Assembly (NCBI GenBank): GCA_000004985.1
Contig: GG738870.1
Reading direction: 5' to 3' (one strand)
Length of the DNA stretch: 64,000 bases
Source: Naegleria gruberi
Lineage: Eukaryota
Shown here piece after piece: positions 22,285 through 33,290 of this stretch (positions are counted from its first letter, which is position 1; each line of letters begins with the position of its first letter). The notes beneath the pieces are model-generated. The model did no database searches. It worked only from the letters and a program-made list of their open reading frames with translations, and had not been told where the DNA came from. A program made the translations under genes and the position numbers.

Positions 22285-24014
22285 TGGAAATTAAAAAGGA
22301 AAAATGGATGTTTTTAGAAAGTGATAATAGATCAGCGTTGTTTTCAGAGGGTAGTGGTGTGCATGGAGCAGAGTTATTCTCTGATTCACATTCCATGTTT
22401 AGTGGGGAATTTAATAGTAGACAGAGTGGGATTATGGTTTCTTGGGAAAATTCTAGTATTGTAACTGTTTCGAATATTTACTCATCAAATGAAGAGACTG
22501 TAGGTGAGGAGCAACAGCATGAGGAAGGGACAAGAATAAGTGAAAAGAATTACAAACTTGTGAACTGGAACAAATTGACGAGTCAGCAGTTGGTTCACAT
22601 ATTCTCCTTCCTCGTTGGTCGTGTGGAATTGTGTAAGGAAGACGAATTTTATTGGAATATTGTGAAACATCATTTACATGTGGAATCTGAACATGATGCT
22701 CTTCTTGCCCTCTTTAAATTAATTCCACCAAAGGAAAGTGTATTTCCACTCCATCATCTCATTAGTGAAATGAATAAGAGAGGAAAGTTCCAGGATTCTA
22801 AGTTTGAGGAATTTTACAAGATGGCCTACACCCATTTTGAAAAGATATTACTCCTTCTAAGATGTACAAACTTTACCAATCTAGTTCTAGCCCAGGGCAG
22901 AATTTCTTGGTTTGAAAGAGAGCAATTGGCCAATATGCAACGATTGATTATTTCGAGAGAATTGGGTTATTTACAACCTCTGAAAGTGGGAGAGACAGTC
23001 GAACAATTCGATGATGAAGTTGAATTGATTGATTCAGACAATGATCCTGCCCAATCTAATGACTACCTGGCAGAATTGTTCAGAAGGCGATTGTGCAGAC
23101 TCAACTTGACAAAATCAGATGAGGAATTTATTTCTCATCAAGAAAATGGATTCATGGATCTTGCATTCCACAAAATGATGCAACTCAGTGAGAAAATGTT
23201 CAGAGATTTTGACATGGACTGTAAAGATTTGGCACTCCCTTATAATTTCAGAAACTCTCATGTAAAATTTGAAATGGATATTTTCAATACCAATTCGAAA
23301 AAGTTAGGATTTTGTATGGATTATAATAGCTCGTATCAATTTGAAGTAGAAGATGAGGAAGAAGTTGAAGAATTGGTCAGTAACCTATCTCACTATCAAG
23401 TATTAGACATTAGAGATGTGACCCACTTTTCTACGTTTATGAACTTTGAAATCCCTAAAGAAATTGAGTTTGTTAATTTTTCAGGATCCATCCCTTATAA
23501 TTATGATCTAGGACAGGTCTACTTCCCAAATGTTAAATTTTTGAGGATAAATATTGAGAGCAATCAATCACATACCAATGATCTTGGAGATGAATACTTT
23601 TTAGATTTCGAAGATAGTACCAGCATGTTCTTGAATGAGTTTTTGAAAAGATTTCCAAACTTGATCCATCTCGTTATTAGGGGAATTGAGAATATATCAT
23701 TTTTTGAAAAATTGGATGAACTATTGAGTCATCTCTGGGTTTTAGAATTAATGATAGATGATGAGGACAGTTTTTGGGGAAAACCAGATTCTATTGAATG
23801 TTTGGAGAGAATTACTGACAAGGCCAAGAATCTCAAACAGCTCTTTTTGAATGTCAATTTGGATGTTAGAAGACCTCTAGCTGTTGACTATGAAAAGCTT
23901 AAATTATACTATAGTTTGGGCAATAACAGATTTTCAACTAGCATTGGTAGAGCAAGTATTGCAAGATTTTGTAAATCAGCCTTTGCCAATGTTTATCAAA
24001 CAACCAGAAATTAA
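22285..24014 (+). CDS. F-box-like / leucine-rich-repeat-like protein. Its 5' end is uncertain: either ATG at about 22309 or an upstream His-rich exon at 22138..22262 joined by a 22-nt GT-AG intron.
   Basis: F-box-like LTSQQLVHIFSFLVGRVELCK. Downstream there are periodic L-rich repeats. The long ORF in the track starts at a GTG, not an ATG. Confidence 0.45.
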
Positions 24015-24084
24015 TTTCCAATTTCGATTTCAATTTGACAAAAATAGCTACCACTCCTTATTTGAAAAATAAATACTTTACAAT

Positions 24085-25214
24085 ATGACAGGTTTAGTTG
24101 TCAAAAAAATGTTTACATTTATTGAGCCCTTGAAAAAGATATTGTCTGTAGTAATTCGCACCGTCGATAATTTGCGAGAAGAAAACAGAATCAATGATGA
24201 AAGGGAAGGAAGAAATCAACCATCCGAAACTAGTAGCAAAATATCAAACTATTCAAAAAGTGAAATAGAAGAAACCTACAAGGTAAAAATTTGCGAAAAA
24301 TTGGGACCAGTTGTTGACATTTCAAAACTAGGACAAGGCTCAAGTGGTGAGGTATTCAAGGTTTGTTTCATTGACCATTAATTATTAGAAATCACATTTA
24401 GGTTCACACTAAAAGTGAAATTCTTGTTGTGAAAATAGTCAACTCTAGTGAAAGAGCAAAAAAAGAAGCTAAAAGACACTTCTCACATCCTCATCTGCTT
24501 GCAATATATCCAGAGAAAACCTTTATAGATGGTGAATACCACTATATTGTGAGCGAATATGTTGGAGAAACTAATCTGTGTGATTATAGACGAAACTTGG
24601 AAAATATAGAAGAGGAATTAGTATGGAAAATGATCAAGCAGATGTACAAGGCACTAACCCATATGCATTCAAAATATATCTGTCATGGAGATTTCAAACT
24701 TGCAAACATTTTTGTAAAAAGTCATCATGATTTTCGTTTAGTGTTGGGAGATTTTGGACTTTCGAATAATGAAGAATCTGTAAACCTCAACATACTTGGA
24801 GGAACTCTTGGATTCCAAGCACCTGAACTTTTCAATGGTTTGACTGAAAAGTGTGATGTGTATTCTTTCGGAAAATCAATAATTCAACTAATTATTGGAA
24901 CAAAATTTAAACATAATATTTCAAATGAACAACTGATGGAAATGGTTGCAACAAGTCAACCAAAAATATCCTCATCACTCATAGATTTAATCAAGAAAAT
25001 GATTAAAGAAAATCCTGAAGAAAGACTATCACTAGATCAAGTTGGAGTACTTATCAGAAACAAGAATAAACCAAAGCAAAAGCAAACCAAACGAGATTCT
25101 AGTACTGAATCTGAAGAAGAATTAAAATCCTTACAAAGAACCTCCACAGGTGTCCAGAAACAAAAATCTAAACCTCAGACTGGCTTTTTTAGATATTGGG
25201 GTTTTAACAAATAA
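24085..25214 (+). CDS. Small Ser/Thr protein kinase, paralog 1. Two exons, 24085..24360 and 24402..25214, with a 41-nt intron.
   Basis: Glycine loop LGQGSSGEVFKV. HGDFKLANIFV (HRD-like), GDFGLS (DFG) and QAPELF (APE). The intron GTTTGTTTC...ACATTTAG restores the frame between the two ORFs in the track. Confidence 0.7.
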
Positions 25215-25220
25215 AAAAAA

Positions 25221-26664
25221 TGACAAGTAATCAGCACATTTACACGATTGCCAAAAACTTGAATATTGAACAAGACAAAATTGAAGAAATTGTTGACTGT
25301 GTCTTCAAGGTTGGTTTCGGATTTTGGTTTCTAATATGTTTTTGCAAAGGTAACAATTCATAATTCTTCAGCAACACGGAAAGTTGAACTGTTCGTAGTT
25401 AAAGCTGTACTAAAGTCAAACCATGCTGAAGCAGAAAGTAGAAGAAACTTTAATCATAAGCACTTGATGAAAACCTTTCTAATAAGAAATTTCACTTCTG
25501 CTACACATTATTATTTATTCAGTGAATATGTTGGCGAGCAAAACTTGGTACAATACCGAAAAAATGTTAAAGAATTGCATGAGGAAAGAGTTTGGGATTT
25601 TATTAATCAAATGTCAAAAGCTCTCAATTACATGAATTCATATCCACATTTTACCATTCATAGAGATTTTTAGACAGTTGTAGGTAGATAAAATTTTGTC
25701 CCCAAATTTTTTTTGGCCAAGTCGAAACTCCAGCCATTTTTAGCTTGCGATTTTAAAAAATGTTACAAGTCGAGAATAAACCGTTACATTAGTTGGCGCC
25801 ACGAAAGAAGACGTTACACTTTCATCAAATAAACTTTAATTTCATCAAACAAAAAAAACCAAACCTCTCTTCACTTTTTGGTTGTTTTCCAACACAGGAT
25901 TTCACTATTGGTGCAACAACAACAACATCTTGAGAAATAACATTGTCCTCCAACACTTTCTTCATGTCCCGTTTTTGTTGTCCCCAAGCCAAGCCTTTTA
26001 GACTTGTAAAAAAATATTGGTCAGAGCAACAAATGTCCATTACCTACAACTGTCTAGAGATTTTAAATTGGAAAACATTATTCTAAAGAGTGGACATGAT
26101 TTTCATCTTGTTTTGGCTGATTATGGATTATGTAAGAGTGAGCTCACTAATTATGTGATCAGTGACAGGGGAACATTTGAATTTAAAGCACCAGAATTGA
26201 AAAATCAAAAAGATGAACAAGATGTAGAATTCCCTTTCAAATGTGATGTTTATTCATTTGGGAGATCAATCATTCATTTCATTTTGGGAAGTCAATTTTT
26301 AACTCTCGCTCAAAATGAAATCATCCTTAAAAACGATCCAAATAAGAAAACAGTGATGGATCACCTTATGGATCATAAACCATCTGAGGCCCTTTTCGAA
26401 TTGATTGAGAATATGATTGAGGAAGATCCAAAGTTTAGATTTGATATTAAGGAAGTAATTGCCTTTTATGAAAACAACAGACCAAGCAAATCAAAGACAT
26501 CCTTAGTCTTTCCAAAACCTGGGGAAATGAAACAGAAGATATCTAACAAAACCCCAAATCAAAGAACATCTAATTCCACTTCCTCCTCCAACACTATTTC
26601 ACGCTCTAGTCAAGGAATATCCAAACAACATAAAACCAAAGATAGGAGAGGTACAAAAAGATAA
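25221..26664 (+). pseudogene. Tandem paralog of the 24085 kinase. It is N-terminally truncated with no glycine loop, and its catalytic-loop codons are interrupted by a 386-bp transposon, so it is a probable pseudogene.
   Basis: Exon 1 is MTSNQHIYTIAKNLNIEQDKIEEIVDCVFK, which ends at the same VFK|GTTTG junction as paralog 1 but lacks GxGxxG. Exon 2 is ...YLFSEYVGEQNL...HRDF. It is followed by the MITE at 25671..26056 and then resumes in the same frame with KLENIILKSGHDFHLVLADYGL...APELKN. An in-frame TAG is created by the first 3 nt of the insert. Confidence 0.55.
25671..26056. mobile_element. hAT-like non-autonomous DNA transposon (MITE) of 386 bp. It has perfect 16-bp TIRs and a perfect 8-bp target-site duplication, and is inserted in the kinase coding sequence.
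   Basis: TIRs TAGACAGTTGTAGGTA ... TACCTACAACTGTCTA. Direct repeat GAGATTTT at 25663..25670 and 26057..26064. Host codons on both sides are in the same phase (aga gat ttt), so precise excision restores HRDFKLENIIL. Confidence 0.65.
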
Positions 26665-27277
26665 TTCTAATTCCTTATAATCATTGATGGTTGTTCAAAC
26701 TCTTGATTGTAATGGACCTGTCATATTAAATTAAGAGTAATAGAATTTTTCGTGTCTCTAATCAAGCGATCACTCAATGTTGTGCACTTTCACTCTGGTT
26801 TGAAGTTTATTTCGATTGTTCTCATAGCTGGATGAGAATGAACGAATCAAATGATTGAAAAATCAAGATTGCTTCCATTACAAAAAGTGTAATATGAAAG
26901 GTTATCAATGAAATGCTCAATTTTACAGAAGCTCAATTGGTGATTCTTTGGAAATCCCATCAAATTTTCATAGTTAGGATAAGCCGTCCGAACAACTGAT
27001 AATAATTGAATATTGCAACTTATCGTACTTTCAATATTGGATTTTTTTTCATTCCAAGATATTCCACACATACTATTGAACATGTGCACAATCCAACCAT
27101 TGAAGTTCTTTCATTCTGTTCTTGTTTAATTCCCCGCACTGATTAACAAAGACCAAATGAACAATGTCCAAAATCTGTGGCTACTCTCTTTTTGGAACAT
27201 TATTCATCTTCTTTCATACCAAAAAAATCAATATATACTAATCAAACGAAACCTTTCAAATCTTTAAAAACTGGAAC

Positions 27278-27699
27278 ATGTTTCACTTCTTGAAAACAAT
27301 CAACAAACAAAAAATGAAAAGATTCGTTTCAATCTTATTGATTGCATTGACTTTGGCAATTCTTGCACTTTCCTTCACTTCTGGAGTTTCTGCTGAAGAA
27401 TCAACAACTGCTGCCTCAACTCTTTCCTTGTACATTAAAAAGAATAAAACAAGAAGAGAAATCTTAAGAGATTCAAACTCAACAAGAAGCTCAACAAGTA
27501 CATTGACACCTATGGAAGAAAGAGAAGAGGATTGAAGAAATTTGGAAAGAAGAGAATTATTAGAAAGAAGATTGATGTTTACGGAAAGAAGAGAAGATTG
27601 AATAAGAAGAGAAGAATTGACACTTATAGAAAGAAGAACAGAAAGAATAGAAGAGGTGGAAAGAAGTATAAGAAAGTTGACCTCTACAAGCGTAAATAA
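27278..27699 (+). CDS. Putative secreted polybasic tandem-repeat peptide. A signal-peptide exon (27278..27429) is probably joined by a 29-nt GT-AG intron (27430..27458) to a K/R-rich repeat exon ending at the TAA at 27697..27699.
   Basis: Signal peptide MKRFVSILLIALTLAILALSFTSGVSA. The downstream frame encodes NLKRFKLNKKLNKYIDTYGRKRRGLKKFGKKRIIRKKIDVYGKKRRLNKKRRIDTYRKKNRKNRRGGKKYKKVDLYKRK*. It has a periodic [KR]n-[IV]-D-x-Y unit repeated 4 times, and that frame has no ATG. The minus-strand S/L-rich ORF 27283..27729 is its mirror image. Confidence 0.45.
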
Positions 27700-27967
27700 T
27701 TGAAACAAATCTGCAAATTTTTGAATCAATTTTGCTAATAGTAAAGCACAGATGTGAGTCCATTAGAATCTGTTTTCTTAATGAAATTACAACCTAGACT
27801 TGTGCAAGTGGTCATGAATATTTAGTCGTTTAATCATATCAATTTGTGCAATTAGATTAAATGGACAGGAATGGTGACAATCCCACTACAGTCTTTGAGT
27901 GATTGAATAGTGAAGGCAACAAGGACAGTTTTGCTGTCTTTGTTGAATCATTTTTCTTTATTGAAAA

Positions 27968-29239
27968 TTATCTATCATTAATTCTGTACAATGCTTCATC
28001 CAGCAAATTAATGCCCAATGTTGAAATAAATTTGAACAACCAACATTGACCATCATCATCAATCTTTACAAAATCTTGTCCAATCCATTCTTTCTTAAAT
28101 GTTGAAATAGCTTGTTCTCTATTTGATAAACCTCTTTGTTCATCCCCATCAGTTTCGTCTTGTTCAGATTCTTCATCCTCATCATTCTCCTCTTCCTCGT
28201 CAGCTCCATTCCCCTCACTTTGTTTCAAGATGAGTTTAGTTTGGTTTTTTGGTTTTTTCAAGTCACTAGCTTGATCACTGTGTAATCTAGATACAGAAAT
28301 AGAAATACCTTTTTCATGAGCTTCACCACCATAGGAAACACTATAGTCAACATCAATCCTCATAGAAAAAGGAATGAGTGCAGTGTAATAATCCAATGTA
28401 AAGTGAATAGTTGATATTGTATTGTTAGTATCTCCATCATCAGTTACACTAATATAGGTCAACTTGTGATCTACAGATGTAATGTGAAATCTTGAATAAA
28501 GGGATGGTGCAATAAGAGTAGTATCAGCATAACTACTATCCTGATGGGTAGTTAAAAAGAAAGCTCTCACAGGTCCAATTCTTGAATGTTTGTTAAAACT
28601 TGCGTGTTTTAACAAACAAAATTCCTTCATAAATTGATATGAGTGCTTTTTAATCATCTCCTTGCCACTCTTTTTAAATATAGTTGGTTTTGTTGTAAAA
28701 CGAGTAGTTCTGTTAATTTCTACATATGTATCATTGCTATCGTATTGTGTTGGCCATTTAGTCCAATTTTTCAAACTTTCCAATGTCATATCCCACAATC
28801 TACAAAACAATTCTTGCCACATTCTTTCCTCATCAATCATACCTTCATACCAAGAACGACAAACCAAAAACACTGATCCATTCAATACACTTTCCAAATC
28901 CATAAATGGAACAATCGAATAGGCAACAACTTCTGGTGGTAATGATTTGATTAAAGAAGGTACACGTTCCATTTCATATTTTCTCTTCTTTCTTACCAAT
29001 ACATCCATCATCAAATCACAAAATTCATCATAATTTCGTACTTTCTTATCATCATTCTTTTGATAATTTTCATAACAAGTTGATTCAACAAACTTGAGCA
29101 TGTGTTCATCTACTTGTTCAATTCTTTTCTTTTCCTCCTGTAAGAATTTTTCATAGAGTCTTGATGATGATTTATTGGATGCTGATTTTTGGTTCTTCTT
29201 TGGTGCTTTTTTTGTGGTGGCTTTTCTCTTTGGTGGCAT
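27968..29239 (-). CDS. F-box protein with a basic N-terminus (MPPKRKATTKKAPKK...).
   Basis: F-box motif LPPEVVAYSIVPFMDLESVLNGSVFLVCRSWYEGM. The likely start is the ATG at residue 107 of the ORF (plus 29237-29239 is CAT). The part of the ORF upstream of that is a nucleotide tandem repeat, not plausible protein. Confidence 0.55.
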   Translation of the reverse strand: MPPKRKATTKKAPKKNQKSASNKSSSRLYEKFLQEEKKRIEQVDEHMLKFVESTCYENYQKNDDKKVRNYDEFCDLMMDVLVRKKRKYEMERVPSLIKSLPPEVVAYSIVPFMDLESVLNGSVFLVCRSWYEGMIDEERMWQELFCRLWDMTLESLKNWTKWPTQYDSNDTYVEINRTTRFTTKPTIFKKSGKEMIKKHSYQFMKEFCLLKHASFNKHSRIGPVRAFFLTTHQDSSYADTTLIAPSLYSRFHITSVDHKLTYISVTDDGDTNNTISTIHFTLDYYTALIPFSMRIDVDYSVSYGGEAHEKGISISVSRLHSDQASDLKKPKNQTKLILKQSEGNGADEEEENDEDEESEQDETDGDEQRGLSNREQAISTFKKEWIGQDFVKIDDDGQCWLFKFISTLGINLLDEALYRINDR

Positions 29240-29336
29240 TTTTTTTTGGTGAGGTTTACTAATCGCGAGTTGCACTTTTATTGTAACGAAGATGGAGTTT
29301 GAAGTTTTTTTCGACTGTTTTTTGGAATAATTTATG

Positions 29337-29410
29337 ATAATGTTCATGATTACAACAAGAATGTTCATGGTCATGTTTACAATCAGAATGTTCATCACAG
29401 CTCTCCCAAC
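29337..29410. repeat. Imperfect tandem repeat of 21-27 bp with core AATGTTCATG, 3-4 copies, in the 5' flank of the F-box gene.
   Basis: ataATGTTCATGattacaacaag / AATGTTCATGgtcatgtttacaatcag / AATGTTCATCacag. Confidence 0.35.
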
Positions 29411-29588
29411 ATGTTGATATTCAAAGTATTGATTATATTGGCTAGATTCTGAATCATTTGCAGACAAAAATTCTGAAGTGAAAATTTCCAAGCTATTAAC
29501 GTGATCTTTTTCCCAGAAATTAGTTTTCCATTTAAAGAAGTCTTGGACAATATTCAATCTGGTGCATTATATATAATGAAAGCAAAAA

Positions 29589-29706
29589 GACTACAGCACC
29601 ACAGGTTCCCAAGTTGTCTCCAACCTCAGTACTGATGTGGCTCGACGATGCTTAACTTCTCAAATCGGACGGGATGAGGTGCATTCATCGTGATATGGCC
29701 GTAGCC
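29589..29706 (-). rRNA. 5S ribosomal RNA gene, a single dispersed copy, followed by an oligo-T terminator (plus-strand A5 at 29584..29588).
   Basis: Minus-strand sequence GGCTACGGCCATATCACGATGAATGCACCTCATCCCGTCCGATTTGAGAAGTTAAGCATCGTCGAGCCACATCAGTACTGAGGTTGGAGACAACTTGGGAACCTGTGGTGCTGTAGTC. It matches the eukaryotic 5S consensus (CTACGGCCATA, CCCGTCCGAT, AAGTTAAGC, AGTACT, GGGAA, GGTGCTGTAG). The 5' and 3' ends pair to form helix I. Confidence 0.85.
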
Positions 29707-30208
29707 ATTAACTCTCACCAAATGTGAAATTTCTTTCAATTCCCTTAAAGCATCTGTTTGCAACAATATTTCTCATCCAATATAATACAGTTTCTGATGT
29801 AACATAATTGTAAATGTTTGGTTATAGATGGAGTTTGTTGTAAGAAATCATCACCACTAGCCAACCATCCAGGTGATGAAGAAAAGCTGACCAACTTGAC
29901 AGGTGCATCCTTAAAATTAATTCTGTAATGTTTGTAAATTCTCAACATGTATTGATAAGGAGCCCAGGTGGCATGAGTAAGGAAAAGATTCTTCTTGTCT
30001 TCACTATACTTGATGAATGCAGTGCATCTTGTGTGAAGGAGTGTATATTTTTCAATAGGTTTCCATTAAATTGGCAGTTGTAAGACTCAACAAGGAGCTT
30101 CTCTTCATTGGGGAGGATGACGAACATGTTGCCAAAGGCTAAAATCGTGCGATTGTTACAATTTGGAGACTCTAGTTTACAATATCTTGTGGTTTGTCCA
30201 CAAAGTAT

Positions 30209-31231
30209 TTACTGATACACTCGAATGATACAAGCTTGTTGATCGACAACATAGAGTAGTCCAGATTGATCGTCATAGAAAATTCCAAATGGATGGAGAT
30301 GTTCCTCGTGGTGAATTTTAATTTCACACTCCTGCAACAAGTCCCAAACAACAATCCTCTTATTTCCATAATCTGAGATGTAAATTCTATGTTGACTCAA
30401 TTCTTTTGCAACCGAAAGTGGATGTTTCCAAGGATTTTGTACTTGAAACATGTCTGAGTTTTCACATTTGCCATCGGTTAATGTAATTTTAAAGACCATA
30501 TTAGATTCGTGATTGAGAGCAATGAATTCTGAATTTGAAATGGCAAACAGTCCAGGAGAATCACATAATGACAGGACTGGATATTTGGCCAATAGAGAAC
30601 CATCACAATCTCTATGAGCATTTAATCCTTGTGCATCATTGTTCCATCTCAATACTACCTTTTCCTTTCTACTTGCATCATGTATTACCATTATAGATCC
30701 AGACAGTTTTTCAGAAATCTTCCACATGGGCTCTATATCTTTCAACTTTACTTGTGCATGTTCAACCAATTTGGCAATATTAAATTTAAAAGTAATTCCA
30801 TTATCTCCAAAATAAATATATTCATTTCCAGCACTATCAGACTCAATCCAAAAATCAGTGACACTCTCTTCCAAAGTAAATTCAGTCCTCAATTGATAAT
30901 TATCCAAATTGAGAAATACTATTCTATCATTATGATCATCAGCAATTACAAGACAACCATGATGGCGAGCAATTTTAATATCGGAAGGATAATGAAGTTT
31001 CAACTTTTTGTCTTGATCAGAAACTTCTTCCACATCTCCATCCTCGGTAATAACAGGCCTTTGATAGCCAATCGTTTTGTGGGGAGTAAATTGCATGGAG
31101 AAGGTTTTGCTCTTTTTGTTGGACGAAAGTTTTTCACGAAGTTTAGCATAGAGAGGATTGCAGACTTCGGATTGATTGAAATCAAAGAAGGTGAAAGAAA
31201 CTTTATCTTCATCATTATCGTGATTGATCAT
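30209..31231 (-). CDS. NHL-repeat beta-propeller protein.
   Basis: NHL-like repeats HPSDIKIARHHGCLVIADDHNDRIVFL, HRIYISDYGNKRIVVWDL and LLYVVDQQACIIRVYQ. ATG at plus 31229-31231 (CAT). Confidence 0.55.
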   Translation of the reverse strand: MINHDNDEDKVSFTFFDFNQSEVCNPLYAKLREKLSSNKKSKTFSMQFTPHKTIGYQRPVITEDGDVEEVSDQDKKLKLHYPSDIKIARHHGCLVIADDHNDRIVFLNLDNYQLRTEFTLEESVTDFWIESDSAGNEYIYFGDNGITFKFNIAKLVEHAQVKLKDIEPMWKISEKLSGSIMVIHDASRKEKVVLRWNNDAQGLNAHRDCDGSLLAKYPVLSLCDSPGLFAISNSEFIALNHESNMVFKITLTDGKCENSDMFQVQNPWKHPLSVAKELSQHRIYISDYGNKRIVVWDLLQECEIKIHHEEHLHPFGIFYDDQSGLLYVVDQQACIIRVYQ

Positions 31232-31489
31232 TTTTTTTGTTTTAAAACGTTGATGATTACATTAATTTTGTAAATAATTTCATCAAATAATCTTTCTAAT
31301 TTTATTCAATATATTGTTTTAATGTTCTTTCTTGACAATTTCCATTTTACATTTTGTAATAGTAATATATTATTGTAATATTCATTATAGTTAAAGGTTA
31401 ACCAGCAAAGATGCTATTACTTCCAAATTGGTGCTCGAAAACGTAGAGTACCTGTGAATGTTGAATTCATGAACCATTTTCTTTCAGCT

Positions 31490-33138
31490 TCATACAATCA
31501 TGCAATTATTTGTTGAGTCCATCAAATGGCTTTGACTTGCAGATTTAACTCTATTGTTAATGGCCATCCTTTCAAAGTACTGTAATCTTTGGACACTCAA
31601 AGGTTTAAAATTGACTTTGAGATTTGGGAATAGATGGAAAAGGTTTGGATTAACTGAGAGAACATTTTCTAATATTTTCTCATCAAGATACACATCTTTC
31701 AATAATGCACATTCTACCAGATTTGGATCAACCTTGAAAATTGATTGAAGATGTTCACGAGAGGATAGCAGATTAGTTAATTGGCCAATATTAAATTCAC
31801 TAAATATATTTGGATTCGCTTTAAAACATTTGACAAGCAAGTCATTGGATAATCCATGTAAAAAAATAAGAATTTTAGGATTTTTCAATATAAGTTCAAA
31901 TATTAATTCCTCATCCAGAACTACTTCCTCAAGAAATTGTCTACTAAATGAAAATAACAAAATTGAATCTTAATTGCCTTACGAAACAGATTCTTATGAT
32001 TATGCAAGTAATGCGGAATGTCAAAAGGTCTTTTTTTCTCCAAAACATCACTTACATATTTTTTCAATAAATGATTGGTCAATTCATCATCATTAGGACG
32101 ATTACTAATAATATGGTCAATAATCCTATTAGAACAGTCATTTTCGTATAGCCAATTAATTAATTCTTTGTTCTGTCCAATAGTTTCTGGAATATTCACA
32201 ACATTTTGGCAATCAGTAGACATTGCTAATTTGAATGTTTCAACGTCCTCTCTTACAATCTCATTAAAGTAATCATAATTTTTACCTGAAAATCTTATGA
32301 ATTTTCTTGCCATTTGAACATCTTCGACATATCTCAGCATTTCAATACGATACTTATACAATTTTCCATTAATCATTATTGTATCATATTCCTTTATCTC
32401 AAATTCAATTTCGTCTTTCAGCCATTTGTAAAACCTCAACATAGATAGTGGGTATCTCTTCACAATTTCTTTCATCATTTCTATAACACTCAGGGTATTT
32501 TTCAAACTTTTGAAAGTGTTACTTTTTGAAAGACATTTCCTCAATATATCAACATCATCTAATAGAGTTTCTCCAATGAATATAATGTTTCCATAAGTTT
32601 TACCCAAAGATTTCAGTACCATCCCCTTATCATTTCGAATATCTGTCTTACAAAACTGAAGAGATTTGGGTTTTGATTCAAGAGCTGATGAAATTATATC
32701 TAAATCAATACATTCCACTTTCTTTAAAGCATCTTTTGAATATTTCACAACATTTAAGGCAAAACTCTTCTTTTTCCACAAGCCACAATGGAAGAGGAGC
32801 ATCTCTTTCTTTTTCCTAATGGCCTGAAGCATAAAATCTTCATCTTCCATGAAAGAGTGTATAAATGGAAAATGGTAATCTTTTACCAGATATTCTAATA
32901 AAAATTGTTTTTTAATTTCTTTTGTCGGGATGGAATTGTATAATTCAAAAACAAATTTTCTTTTCATCATCTTTGGTCCATGAATGGCCACTAAATATTT
33001 CCAATATTCATTCAATTTTTGTAAACATTCTTCTCTTGTCTTGTTCATGGTATGATTTAAATTGATAAAGTTGGTTGACAACTTGTTGATCGGTGTGGAA
33101 TCTAAAACAATAACCACTTGTCCATAGTGTGGTGACAT
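31490..33138 (-). CDS. Hypothetical alpha-helical protein. Two overlapping ORFs, 31921..33138 and 31490..31960, are probably joined by a short intron or frameshift.
   Basis: Long ORFs with coding-like composition and K/E/L-rich repeats. No catalytic motif recognised. Confidence 0.35.
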
Positions 33139-33290
33139 TTTTTAATGGTTGGAAATGATTTTTTTGTATTTGGTCAACTGGATTGGTTGAACTTTTTTCA
33201 TTAATCAGTTTGCATTTTGCAGTTGTAAAATTATTCAATCCTGAAAGTCAATATTTCATATTTCTCTCAATTTCATAACACAGTGAACAT

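Noticed and set aside
27283-27729. 148-aa minus-strand ORF rich in Ser/Leu overlapping the polybasic repeat
   Set aside because: It is the antisense mirror of AAG/AGA-rich repeats (CTT/TCT). It has no signal, start context or periodic conservation. The plus-strand K/R frame with the IDxY periodicity and upstream signal peptide is the plausible product.
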